Origin: Eledone cirrhosa
Lineage: Eukaryota
Assembly: GCA_964016885.1 (NCBI GenBank)
Contig: OZ024740.1
Coordinates: 395,808,001 to 395,872,000, forward strand
Reading direction: 5' to 3'
Length of the DNA: 64,000 nucleotides
Position 1 is the stretch's first letter. Each line of letters begins with the position of its first letter. The notes beneath the pieces were generated by a model that saw only the letters and a list, made by a program, of their open reading frames with translations, was not told the origin of the DNA and ran no database searches. Below, piece after piece: positions 30,570-44,400 of this stretch. The position numbers and the translations under genes were made by a program.

Positions 30570-33500
30570 TCATCATCATTTCATCATCATTTTACGTCCG
30601 CTTTTCCCTGCTTGCAAAGGTGGGACGGGTCTTATTCCGCACAGCATCTCTCCACTCGTCACGGTGCTTCGTCATCTCCACCGTGAGCTTCAATGATCTG
30701 AGGTCTGTTCTCATCACCTCCGCCCATGTTTTTCGTGGTCTACCTCACGTCTTCCTTCAACTGGCAATTCCTGGCACTTCTTCACCCATCGGTCATCCTC
30801 CATGCGCATCACATGTCCATACCACCCCAGTCTCCTCTCCCGTACACTACATTCTATCCCTCTCAGACACAGTTTCTCTCTCAACACATTTATGCTGGGT
30901 CGTTCACGCACATTTACACTGCACATCCAACGGAGCATGCTTGCCTCATTTCTCTCCAGCCGTCGCATATCCTCTGCAGTTGCTGCCCATGTCTCACTAC
31001 CATGCAGCATCGCGCTCCTCACACAGGCATCATACAACCGGCCTTTCGTACGCAGGGAGAAACCCTTCTTCGTCAACAGAGGAAGCAGCTCCCTAAACGT
31101 CTTCCAACCCGTCCTTATTCTAGATACTATGGCCTCGGAACACCCTCCTCCCATGCTAATCTGATCTCCTAGGTACCGGAAGCTATCCACCATTTCTATA
31201 GCGCCTTCTTGCATTTGAAAAATGTGTCTATCAGTGCGACTTCTACTGTCTAATTTCCCTGTACATCTACTGCATACATATTTCTCCCTACCTGTTAGTT
31301 TGCCTGCTATCCCGCTACATCTCTTGTGTACCCAGGATCTGCATTGTGTGCATTTTATAGAATTTATGCCAGTTCCTTTTCTGCATATCGAACATGGCCA
31401 TTTCCCTGACAGAATCAGGGTTTTGTCCTCTTTTCTACTCATCAACACTTTTGTCTTAGCTAGATTCACTCTCAGTCCTCTTGATTCCAACTGCTGTTTC
31501 CATAGCCAGAATTTCTTCTCTATGATTCAGAATTTCTCCTCTACTGATTCTGCTATAAGAACCAGATCGTCAGCATAGAGAAGTTCCCATGGACAGCCAG
31601 TCTTAAAGTCCTCTGTTATGGCTTGGAGGACTATAATGAACAAGAGCAGGCTGAGGACCGAACCCTGATGTACTCCTACTTGTATCTGGAATTCCTCACT
31701 AAACTCCATTCCTACCCTGACTTTACTGAGAGTTCCTCTGTACAAAGTTTGCACTGTCCTCACAAGCCATTCCTCAACACCTAGCTTCCTTAGGGACCAC
31801 CAGATGACAGATCGGGGTACCCTATCAAAGGCCTTCTCTAGGTCAACAAAGGCTAAGTATAGTGGCTTATTCTTCTCTAAGAACCTCTCTTGCAATTGTC
31901 TCACCAAGAAGAGGGCATCTGTTGTACTCTTCCCAGGCACAAAACCAAACTGCATCTCATCTAGTTTGACCCTTTCTCTAATTAGTTGTGCTAAAATCCT
32001 TTCTGCTACTTTCATAACCTGATCTATCAGTTTTATACCCCTATAATTGCTCCTCTCCAAAGCATCCCCTTTACCTTTGTAGCAATTTATGAGAATACTG
32101 CTGCACCAGTCTTTGGGTTATGACACCACCATATATAGCCTGATTGATGATGCGTGCAACCAGTTTAGTGCCTACGTCCCCTGATGCCTTCAGCATCTCA
32201 CCAACTATTCCCGATGGTCCGGCAGCCTTACCATTTTTCATTTCCCTAATCGCCTCTTGGACCCTATATTCGTCAATCTCAATAGCTGGTCCCTCTGTCG
32301 GATCTACCAAGGGTAATTTCTCTCTCTCCCATTCGTTCTCCACATTCATCAGTTTCTCATAATGACATTTCCAGGCCTCCTTTTTCTGATCATTCGTGAC
32401 ACTAAGTACACCGGCATCATCCCGGACACATTTATCTCCAACAACATCCTGATTTGCATTGACACACTGCCTTGCAATGTGGAACACCGCACGCCTCTGA
32501 TCTTCCCGTCGCAGAACATTGGCAAACCTCCTACTCTCTGCCTCCCAGCGTGCTAAGTACACCTGACGTCTAGCTTCTCTCTTAGTGGCTGTATATTCTT
32601 CCCTACTGCCACCCTTTTTCCAAGACTTCCATGCTAGTCTTTTGTCTCTAATAGCCTTATCTACTGTGCTGTTCCACCACCAGATCACTCTCTGTCTGGT
32701 TGGAGCTCTGCTCCAGCCACAGGTTTCATCAGTAGCCTGCAGCAAGTTGTCACGTAAGAAATTCCAGTTATTATCTATGTCATACGTCTCTAAATCGTCT
32801 TCTTTTTCGTCATATACATCTTGAAGGGCTTTCCTAAATTTGTATTTTAGTGAAAGGTCTTTTAGCTTCCAGACCTTTCTTCTCCACACCTTCCTATATG
32901 TCTCATTCCATCTCTTGCTTACTGAGATATCACTAACAACTAACCTATGCTGTGGGGTACATTCTTCCCCAGGGTATGCCTTGGTATTAGACACTATCTG
33001 CCTGTCCCGCTGCCTAACTAGCAGGAAGTCAATCTGGCTTATGTGCTCACCAGATTTGTAGGTTATTAGGTGATTGGCAGGTTTCTGGAAGTTTGTGTTG
33101 CAAATAGTCAATGTACCCGCATCACAAAATTCAAGAAGTCTCACTCCTTCTTCATTTCTTGAACCGTAACCGTGCCCACCATGTACCCCAGTGTAACCAT
33201 CCTGGAGCTGTCCAACATGACCATTGAAGTCTCCTGCTAGCATAACGATGTCTCCGTCCTCTGTCATTGCGGTTGTTTGCAAAAGTTGCTCATAAAAGCA
33301 GTCTTTCTCATCTTTGCCTAGGCCTGCTTGGGGAGCATAGGCCGAGATGATTGTCAGTAGTCTCCTACCTACAACTAATCTAAGCTTAATTATTCGATTA
33401 CTAACTCGAACTACCTCTATTGTCTTATTGATCCATTTCTCAGCCAGGAAAATGCCTACTCCCCCTAGCCCATCATCCTTACCTACCCAGAATAGCTTAT

Positions 33501-33860
33501 AGCTAAGACGCTTGCCTACGACTAGTCTCGCAGAGGCACCTCTCCATCTCACCTCTTGCACGCAGCACACATCCACATGCCTTCTCTCCAGTATCTCCGC
33601 TATTTCAGCAGATCTACCTCTGAGAGTGCCAACATTAAGTGTTGCAACTCTGAGATGCGACGTCTTCATATTTTGTTGTTGTTCCTATTTGTTGCTGTGC
33701 TGATAAGCGTTTTGGCATTGATACACTGGTTGGATGCCCTTCCTAACACCAGCGCCACTTTACAGCATGGACTGGGTGCTTTTATTTGTGCCATCAGCAC
33801 TAGAGAGGATGTGTTACTAGACTCAAGGGCCCTCTCTACCCCTCCATTTTACAGCATGGT
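30570..33860 (-). mobile_element. Near full-length RTE-clade LINE (APE endonuclease + RT), frameshifted into three ORFs: 33669-32071, 32060-31527, 31490-30714
   Basis: Motifs ATLNVGTL, CVQEVRW, GDFNGHVG, SQIDF, YRGIKL, FVDLEKAFD, GVHQGSVLS, LYADD and LHGSETW, plus a (GAT)n tail at ~30570-30590. Confidence 0.95.
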
Positions 33861-34546
33861 CATTAAAAAAAAAAAAAGAAAAAAAAAACATTGACACGAC
33901 GCACACACAAACACTCACACACCAACACTCATGCATACAAACCACAACCACACACATGCCACTCACATACCTACACTCAATCATGCATACAATCACACAC
34001 ACCACTCACAAACACACATATATATACATATATTACCGACAGTACTGATACAAAATCTGATATAAATATATATATATATATATGTGTGTTTGTGTATGTA
34101 TATATATATATGTGTATGTGTGTGTATATATATACATATATGAATTGTCTATGTATATGTGCGATCATATTAACACTAACAAAAATGTATCAGAGCATTT
34201 CAAAACATTTGTAATTCTGTTGAAAAAATTCTATTTTAGCAATAAACAAAAAAAAAAAAGTATTTGCATTCAAAATAAAAACGTTCTTTTAAATTCCTCA
34301 GTTAGGTATGAAAATAATCACAGAATGAATTAAGTAGGGAGGGAGCAGAAGCCGAGAGTGCTTTTTTCAATATCTAACATTGAGCTGTATGAATAAGATG
34401 CTGTTGTCATCTTTAATGGAAGGAATATCTTGATTGATTTAATAATTATTTTGCTTTCATTTTAAAGTAAAATGTAAACAAAAAAGAACTTGTTTTTTTT
34501 TTGTTTTTTTTTTTGTTTTTTTAACAGATAAGGAAGGAGTTAATGT

Positions 34547-34798
34547 TCATTCAAAAAGAGTATCCGAGGTGTAAGCACCCGCTAAACGATAATCCCCGTC
34601 AACTAATACACAGTACATTCTCTGAGGAAGAGGTCGAGAATAGGGAGCAGGCCTAGGAACAATGGTGCGGAGAATGTATTCCCGCCCACTTGGCTCAGGA
34701 AAGTCAGGTACTGTACTTGGAGGTTTATACTTCTCAGCTTCAGCACACTCATTAGGTTGGTCTTCAGATGATTCATCTTCCAAAATAAGATGGGCTGC
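34547..34798 (-). CDS. RAB3GAP1: RAB3GAP1 last coding exon
   Basis: AG acceptor at 34799-34800. AAHLILED...DFPEPSGREYILRTIVPRPAPYS...TSDTLFE*, 252 nt. Confidence 0.95.
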   Translation of the reverse strand, partial: AAHLILEDESSEDQPNECAEAEKYKPPSTVPDFPEPSGREYILRTIVPRPAPYSRPLPQRMYCVLVDGDYRLAGAYTSDTLFE

Positions 34799-35079
34799 CT
34801 GGAATTTTTGAAATTGAAAAAGAAAAAAAAAAAAACATGTAAATTAATTGGTCACAGAAATACAGAAACTGACCTTCACATGTTTTTCATTGAAGTATAT
34901 ACAGTGAAATTCCGTTATTACGAAATTCACAGGGTATAAAAAAAATTCACTGTAACAAAAAATACTTTATAATGAAATCGAACTAACACATCGAGCATGT
35001 GGTCAGGGATTGAAAAAAGTTTTGTTATACTGAAAAATTTGTTATAATGGTATTCATTATAACAGAGTTTTACCTGCAC

Positions 35080-35110
<31 letters not shown>

Positions 35111-38100
35111 GCAACACACTATCGTTTCTATTCTCAAAAAAAAACAAGCCTCTAAAATAAGGCTATTTTCATACTTATATTTTGAATTAATTACTCAGAC
35201 ATTATTTTCCCCCAGTTCTCTGTATTTTTCATCTGCTTATTTCAATGATTTTAAATGTCTTCTCATCAACTAAACTGCACCAAACTACATGGCTATATCA
35301 TCTCTGCACCCACCTGCCCTCCCTCTACCCACCACCTTCCAGTTAGCTGTTTCACAGACATTGCTTCACACTGCCCCTCATTTCTACAACCTTCCTACCC
35401 GTTGCTTTCCACACTCACCCTCTTTCCCAAACAGGTCTCGCTAAGCTCAATGTTTGGCACGGCCAACTGGCCAGACCCTCCTCATATCAGGACCACCCAG
35501 TCCCACACTTTAAAAATGTGGTTGATGTAATTAAGAGCATCCAGCAGCTGTAAAACCCAGCTAAAACACAGGTGATGCTATGAGCAAGGTACGGCGCTGC
35601 CAATTGGCTAGACATACTTCATAAGTGGGACCACCTAGTCCCACACTGTAAAAGTGGTTGGTGTTACGAAAGGCTTCCAGCAGCCATTTAAAAAAACAAC
35701 CAAAACAGAAGTTACAACTAATAAGGTTAGGAATATTTTATCTTTCATTAGGTGCCAATTCCCATATACACATAACTACCACAAACTTTTAAATCCACCC
35801 AATATTAAGATCAACTATTCCTGTCTGGATAACATCACCTCTACTATTGCATGCCATAACTGCCTAACCTCAAAAATTCTCTTGCAATTGTCCACTGGGG
35901 GAATGCTGCTTTAAAAAGCTATGGTATGTAGAGTCACACTCACTCTGTAAGATGTCAACCAAAAGAACTTACTGCAAATGACTTCAAGATTGTTATAGAA
36001 AAAATCTTCACTCTTTAAGGTCCTCAGACAGAGAACTCAACTTCAATTTCTCACTTCATATGGACACGCAAGGACTAAGGCATGACTGCATTAATATAAC
36101 CTAGAACATTGTTGACAGGGCTCCCTGTCCATTGTGTAATTACCTCCTCTGCCAGTCCAAGAAGCTGCCTATTTAAAGCAGCTCACAGTATTCCTCAACA
36201 ATTAATCTGAAATGATTTTCTCCTGCTCTCAATAATAAAATTTTACATTGTTTAGTTCAAATCATCCAAGAAGTCACAGCTGTTGTTAATGAAATCCAGC
36301 TTCAGTTGAGCTATTGCCTGTGCACCTTTAAACATTTCAGTATCTCACAGCCATCCACCTCAAATTCTATCATATAACCCAGCAACCAATAAGCAACCTC
36401 CTTTCTAGCCAATTGCAACTTATACTACACTTTCCATGAAAATCTGAAGAATAGATACATGCCCACATGTCTGAGAAACTCCAAGAAATGTCCATGTGAG
36501 TCACTGACTACTAATTTACAAAAATGATATTTTTTAAATAAACAGTCATAAAACAACGATGATATAACCAAACAAATCTTACATTATTCAGTAACAACAT
36601 ATAACAATAAAGTTAAAAAATAAAAATAAATAAATAATCAAACCTTTTGAGCAGCAACAAACAATTTGTGTATTACAGAACCAGCAGGTCCATATGGGCC
36701 TCCACGCACAATAACTTCTGACTGTTGTAACAGGCTTGACACAAAGAGAGTTAGCTCTTCTTCAGCTTCTTTCTGTTCAAGCAAGTCTTTTGTGAATTTG
36801 TTTTTCAAAGACTTGGCACGGGCTATCACTGTTTCAGCTAAAGAGATCATTTGAATCAGATCCTAGGAAAATAAAGTAAAAATACTTCAGGAACTAGCAA
36901 TTAATCTTGGGACGCATATACAAGTAATGAAATAAGGTTTAATAAATTGATTTATGGTAGATAACTTAAAGATGGTGATAGTGATCTCAATTGAGTCACA
37001 GAACTAAAGAGCACTTCACCCTCTTGTAGTGAATTTAGGTTGTATTTTCTTTTCAAGTTGCAGCCATAGAAAGATTTGAATTTATTACTGTAAGATAACA
37101 AAACACTAATGAATTTTGTAATGCTGCTGCTGCTTGCAATGACAAACTGATTCTACTTTGAAAAGCCAGTACCTATTTTTCAGCTAGGAGAACATATCCA
37201 TGTGAGAATTAAGTGACTTTGCCATAAGCAGAACATAATGATAGAAACAGATAATCACATACTAAATCAGTCTCTCAGTTTAATACCGCCACCACCATCT
37301 GGCCTTCAGATGCCGTTAGTAAAATCCAAACTGCAGCAAACTTTCAGAACATGTCTTGAGTCTGAGAATAACTAGATGTCTTGATAGCCTGTCTTGTTAC
37401 AGCAATCCTTAATTCATGGTACTCTCCTCCATTTCCTCCCACCAAGTCTTGAAGTCCCCATAAAGGTAATAGACTGTCTTTAATCCTCTAACTAAACCAC
37501 ATTAAAAAAAAATCAGCTTGACCATCTGCATATTTATAAATAATTTACTACATTAAGATGGTAAGTAACCTCACCTCATATTTCCGTACTCCAGGAGAAG
37601 ATGACCGTGTTACTTTTGCAGCTTTAGAAATAATTTGGTCAATGAGTTGCTTCAATTTAGGAAACTCTTTGTCTTCTACAAATCATAAATATCATAAAAA
37701 TCATATAAATAAATAAGAAAGTTACAAAAATAAAAATAAAAATCACAAAAATAGAAAAAACATAAGAATCATATCAATCACAATTTAACAAAGAAAACCC
37801 TACATAGTCTCGCTATCTGCTAGAAATAACTGCCATATATTCCTCAAGCAAGTTGTAAGTGATTCAGTGGAGATGGCATAAGACCAGCTAGTTCTGAGGA
37901 GCAGAGGCTATTTAAGTATTGGTAGAAAAGGTAGATAGAAGAGACAGCATATCTGCAGGCCAGAGGCTAGAGCATGTCAGTGAGTGACTTTATGCCAATT
38001 AGTCAAGTGGCTTTTCTCTGGATGTGGTCTAGGATGCCTTTGTATATAGCAACAGCATTGTCCTAGATGTGGGAGCCAATCCTCTACCCTTTTTCTGCAA

Positions 38101-41100
38101 CTAATTGTTTCTACTTTTGGCACAAGGCCAGTAATTACCCAGTACATTACTGGTACTTTATTTTATCGACCCCGTAAGGATGAAAGGCAAAGTTAACCTC
38201 GGCGGGATTTGAACTCAGAATGGCAAGAGCCGTAACTCTATACGTCAAAGCATGGCGTCCGACCCTCTACCAATACTGCCAATCCACTGCCCTTTTCCTG
38301 CAACTAATAATAAGTAACCATAATACTATAAGCCAAGAGGATTCTTTGGGATAAGTGAGGCAATAGTAATATTTTTCTTTTGGCAGAATTTTAAGAGCAT
38401 AGGTTCAGTGCCAATTTACCTTTGTGCTTAGGTGTGCTTAAGTACAGGGCCCCCACGGGGGGGGGCATCTTCTTGCCAAAATATTGTTTACCTCCTTCAA
38501 GGCCCAAGTAAGGGGCCTCATTTGTCCTAAATCCAGCACTGCATAAGCTAAAATATTTTGCAATATTTGTTTTGGCTCCCTATGCTCTAATTTAAAATTC
38601 TGGCATGGTGAATTTTGCTTTTCATCCTTTCAGGGACACTAGAATAATGTACCAGTTTAGAGTGTTGAATGACAATTGCCAGAACATTAAATGGGGATGC
38701 ATTGTAGTTTTTTTTTTTTTAGCTCTTAGCATGAATTCCGTCGTCGTCGTCGTCATCGCCGCCGTCGTCGTCGTCGTCGCCGCCGTCGTCGCCGTCGTCG
38801 TCGCCGCCACCGTCGCCGTCGCCACCGTCGCCGTCGTTTAACGTCCATATATGATGCACTTAATTTGTAAGCTGGTATTTAAGTGACTTTAGCAGAATTC
38901 ACTCTTTTGCAAGTATTCAGTCAATGTTTCTGGTTTGAGAATAACTATTTCCTTCCTCCTATCAGCCTCAAAAGTGCTATAAAAACTAAGAGTCGTGTCT
39001 GCAGCCCTTCCCTCTTTGACTAAATGATAAAAAATGAACTTTTTTAAATACACCAAAATACAAACTTCACAGATACCAACCAATTAGTTCTAATTACCAT
39101 ATATACTCATATAGAAGTCGAGAAATATGTGATGAAAAAAAAATCAATGGTCAACTTATATTCAAGGTCAATATTTTGCCGATTTTCAACAACTTCAAGT
39201 TCTACATAAATAAGGTGCTAAAATATCTGGGATGATTATTTTACAATGAAACACTGTTTTTCTACATTTGCTATATTATCATTGGTGTTATTTATGCATT
39301 CCCTTGAAAACATTTCCAACAAATTTTTATAATTTGAACGTTTTAATAAATAAATATCCCATACAGATACACACACATGCACACACAGATACATGCATGC
39401 ACATATGCAAACACTCATACATGTTTCTCTCTGACTTAATAATTGTTTCTACATTTGGCACAAGGCCAGCAAATACCCAGTACATTACTGGTACTTTATT
39501 TTATCGACCCCGTAAGGATGAAAGGCAAAGTTAACCTCGACGGGATTTGAACTCAGACGGTAAAGGGACGTAACTATGCTGGAAAGCATGGTATCCGACC
39601 CTCTACCAATACTGTCAATTCACCACCCTCTGACTTAATAGTAATACTTTTTCTTTCAAACTTATGTAAGATTGAAATCTTACTTCTGACTTGTGTTTTA
39701 TTGCTCTCACTTTCTCTCTCCTTTCTCACTCTCTCTTTTTATCGCTCTGCCTCTCCTATTTCTAGCTTGCTGTCTCTCCTTCCCTCTTCTATGCTATGAA
39801 TCCTTATACAAAGTTCTCTTATTCGACCTCTTGCTTTCAACTCCTCCCAGCATGTGAGTGGTCAGAAGTAAACAAAAATTCGAGAACCTTGTTGAAATTT
39901 TATAAAATGAACGACATGGAGTTGTGAAATAAAAACTATATTCTAAACGACACTTAAAATATTTTTAACATCAAAATATTAAAACTTCATAAATATATTT
40001 TATACTTGTGAGAACTTCAAAACCACGCTATATAAACATGCGTTGATTAGCTGCCTTGGATTATATTTCTCAGACATAAAATAAAGGGTTAGCTTATATT
40101 TGGATTAGCTTGTATTCAAGTATATACAGCTATTAATAGAAGAGAAATGTTGCAAGATTATATTTACCTTCTTGGATAATTTTCAGGATAGCTGTATGTG
40201 AAAGTACTGGTAAGAGGTATTCAACAAGCTGAGGTGGTTTTAGTGACATCAAAAAATGAAGTACCTGTTAAAAACAAATCTAAATTATGATCAATATGCT
40301 ACAATTACAAAAAAGGGAGTGATAAACTATAACAACTGTATTCTGTTTTGTAATCTCAACCATTATTACAACATTCCTTGTTCTTCTAAATTTTCTGACT
40401 AGACTTCCTAACTTCTGTCTCTCCTCTTCCCTTCCCTTCTATTGTATCTATTGCCTCAGATCCTGCACCAAGTGCTGTAGTCAATACTCACTGTTTTCAA
40501 CAATTGATTTTCAAAAGTTCAAATTTAACACTAACTATATTAGCTGTGTCTAACTGTTTCTATTCCCCTAATTAAAAAAGTACCAAAGGTTATTTTGATT
40601 AGCTGCCTCGCCTTATAAACAGGTTTGGATTTTTGCCTATTTCTCAGACATAAAATAGGGTTGGCATATATTTGGATTAGCTTATCTTATTAGTACTTTT
40701 TTCTTCTTCCAGCTATAAACTTAGAAACTGGCTACAACTATAACAAAATACAATTCCTCCTAACAGAAATAAAATACAACAAAACTTTTTTTAAGCCAAA
40801 ATAAAACTAACCTTCTCAGCTTCTTTAGTATCATCAAAAAGTCTTTTTTGCCTATGTGCAGGTACAGCACGAGCTCCTTGCCATACTTCTGACCACATGT
40901 TGCCAGGAATCTTCATTCTTTGACTCAACTGGCCTTTAAAAGTAAACATTATGTAGTCCATGCAACTAAAATTACAGTATATTTATACTGGAACCAAACA
41001 TATAGCAACATACAAGTAAAACAAAAATATTAAACAAGCCAGAAAAGGAACCAATATACAGAGGATCATCCTGCTAGAAATACAAGCCTGACCTCAAATC

Positions 41101-41392
41101 ACACCTTACTGTCTTAAAAGAGGAAAGACAGTTAATGGAAAATTAATGGACATTGTTTTCCAGGAATGTACCATAACCAAATCTAAAATTCCAGTCTTCT
41201 TAATAATAATAATTGTTTCTACTTTAGGCACAAGGCCAGCAATTACCCAGTGCATTACTGGTACTTTATTTTATCGACCCCGTAAGGATGAAAGGCAAAG
41301 TCAACTTCGGCGGGATTTGAACTCAGATCGTAAAGGGACGTAACTATGCTGGAAAGCATGGCGTCCGACCCTCTACCGATACTGCCAATCCA

Positions 41393-41438
<46 letters not shown>

Positions 41439-44400
41439 GAAACAATACCTATAATAATAGGTGCTCTGGGAATGATAAGAAAACACAGATAAATACATAA
41501 CCAAAACCCCAGGACTTACAAATATATACAGCATACAAAAGATAGCACTACTAGGCACTGCACACATATTATGAAAAGTACTATCAATACACTAGAAACA
41601 AGATCAGCAAAAACTACACTGCTCATACCGAAGGTGCACAGAGCTATGCTCAGTAAAACAATAATGATGCGCAATAAAAATAATAATGGAAATGATAATA
41701 ATAATGATGATGATGATGTTCATAAATAAAGAAAGGGAAATTAGAATCAGCTCTATACCCATAGAAAAAGGAATTTTCCCCTACCCCAGCTACCTGACTT
41801 AAACCCACAAATCAACACTGAACTGGTGTATACAGGATGATTTTATCACACTGCAGATTTTGTCCCAAACATGCAATCCTCCCTTGTAATACTACCAGAC
41901 CAAGGACATTTGGAAATTGTCCACAATCTCTAACTCAGATTGTCCTCATCAATACCTACAATCTCTCACAAGCCAACATCATTCATAACCCTCCATTAAC
42001 ATTGATTTACCGTTGAGCACATTATCCAACTGTGCATGACAACAAATTATAACAATATTATTTTTTACATCACCTATGTATAATCCTTATTTTATTTATC
42101 TTACCTTTGATAATAATGACACCATTCTCATCAACTTGTTCATCAATCCAATCACGAGGTGAATACCACCGAACAAAATCTTCAAGAGTACATCCAGGAT
42201 TTGCAGCCTGCAAAATAATCAAAATATAACTAAATGTATTTAATAATTAATTTTACCAAAAAATAATTTCTAATAAAAACATGAAAAAAAGTTTTTTCAT
42301 TTCCAGAAAAAAAGTTAGCTGCATTATTTAAACTGCTAGGTACAGGCTAGGAATCTTCTAAAAAAATAGAATTGATGGCCAGTGGTTCTTTAGTGTAGTT
42401 AACGCACTTGCCTGGCATCCATGAGATACAGAGTTCAAGTCCTTACAGGCACCACTTGTCCACTTTTATTGTCTCTAGGGGTACATTACATGATTTTCTC
42501 AACTATTACTTCTAGTGATCAACTTCTAGTGCACACATTTCAAATTACTATTATTTAGTCTCAGTCATCTCCCTCAGTAAGCCCCGCAAAAATAAATATA
42601 AATTGAAGAAATTTACATTACCTTAAAAGATTCCATATCAGATAGTAAGCAAGCACTCTGCATCCGAGCTCTTAGTTGGGAACCTTCAGCTGATGAACCT
42701 AGCCTGCAAGAAATTAACAGATGAACCATTAACAGGAGGTAGTACTCTAATTTGTCAGTATGAACACACTAAATATTGATCACTTTTGACAAGGCACAAG
42801 AAAAAATTTTATTTTTAAGAGAAGGGTATCTTAAAACTGAAACATGCCCATTGCTTTCACTGGTGGGTTTTAAAGACAAGATCCCACACCCATCTGCATT
42901 ATCTCTCTTCATCTTTACCATCATCAAGGTTTTATGCCCATTTTCCAACTAGACATTAAAAGCAGTGACAATTTCTGCTGGAGGTACAATACAACCAGTA
43001 AGGACATGTGATGTAAATGAACTATGAATATTGCATGAAAACGTGCCATGTACTGATAGTGAATGACATAAAAAGACATTTTAAAAATTGTATGGCCAGA
43101 CCTGACAATATTGCTCCTCTCAAATGAAATGACATAGGATTGTGAGGAGTAGCAAATTTTAGTACCTGCAGACTTCTCCAACGCATGCCAGTATGGAAAA
43201 ATGGATGTTAAAATTATAACAGATGCCAATGTGACAACAATAATTATATAACAGTTACTGATTTTATGAAACCAGAAGATTGAAGTTAGAGTTGAGTCAT
43301 GCTGAGTGTGAATTTAAAAGAACACATACAGTCTATACTATACTTTTGAGCTGGCTCTTACCTCACTTTTATAAATATAAATTATATGTACTTTAACAGA
43401 AATGAGTTGTTTCCTGTATATTTTTAATCAGCTGTAAGATATAAACATCTTTGTTTTAATGATAGCATTCTCCCATACTCGCAAGGTGACTACATGATTA
43501 AAAATAGTAGAGAGGACCTTAGAATCAGCTGATTTATGTAAAGAGAACAACAAAAACAGAATGAAATAGAATGTGCTGATCACATGTGGTTAAATTTAAA
43601 CATTATCTTATCAAATAAATGTTACATATAAGATAGTAATGATGATATATATTTCAATATAAACATGACATGTTAAACATTCATTTTCCCTGTGAGCAAG
43701 GGTTGGACAAGTCATCACAGACCAAGTCAGTACTTAATCTGAGCCACTGATCTCTCATATGGACCAGAGTTCATCTCCCTTAAATACAGTCTTGCACTCT
43801 ACAGAGTGCACAATGCATTTTATCATGGTACCAGCAATAGGAAGGTTGTCATGTCTCTAGCCTTTGACAAGCTTTCTATGGTTGAATACTCTTCCTATCA
43901 CAAACCACTTTACAGCGTGTACTAAATGCGTTTTGTCATGTGACCAATACTAGAGATTGTTGTATCCTTGATACAACTAAAGAATCCCGTCCTCTTGACT
44001 CTTTTTGGCATGGCTTCTACAGCTGAATGCTCTTCCTATCACTAACCACTTTACAGGGTGCACTGGGTGCATTTTTCGTGGCCTCAGCACTAGAGAGGTT
44101 GTCGTGTTGTGATTGAAATGTCCTCTCAACACTTTTTTGGCATAGTTTCTATGGCTGTAAACCCTTCCCAACAATAACACCTTTACAGAGTGTACTGGGT
44201 GTTTTTTTGTAGCAACAGCACTGGGGAGGTTGTCGGTTGTTGATTCAACTGAAGAGATCTCTCTACCCTATGATGGGAAAAGTGGGTAAGATCATAAATA
44301 TGATGTTATGGGGGACAATAGGTAGGGGAGGACGACACTATAATGTCGTATGTGAAATAACGAAATGGAAACTATTTATTAGTTGACAAGGGAGACAACT

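Noticed and set aside
30620-33061. Plus-strand ORFs overlapping the RTE (and minus-strand ORFs over 59.7-62.3 kb)
   Set aside because: Antisense shadows of LINE coding sequence.
38605-38841. Val/Ala- or Thr-rich ORFs
   Set aside because: Translation of a trinucleotide repeat.
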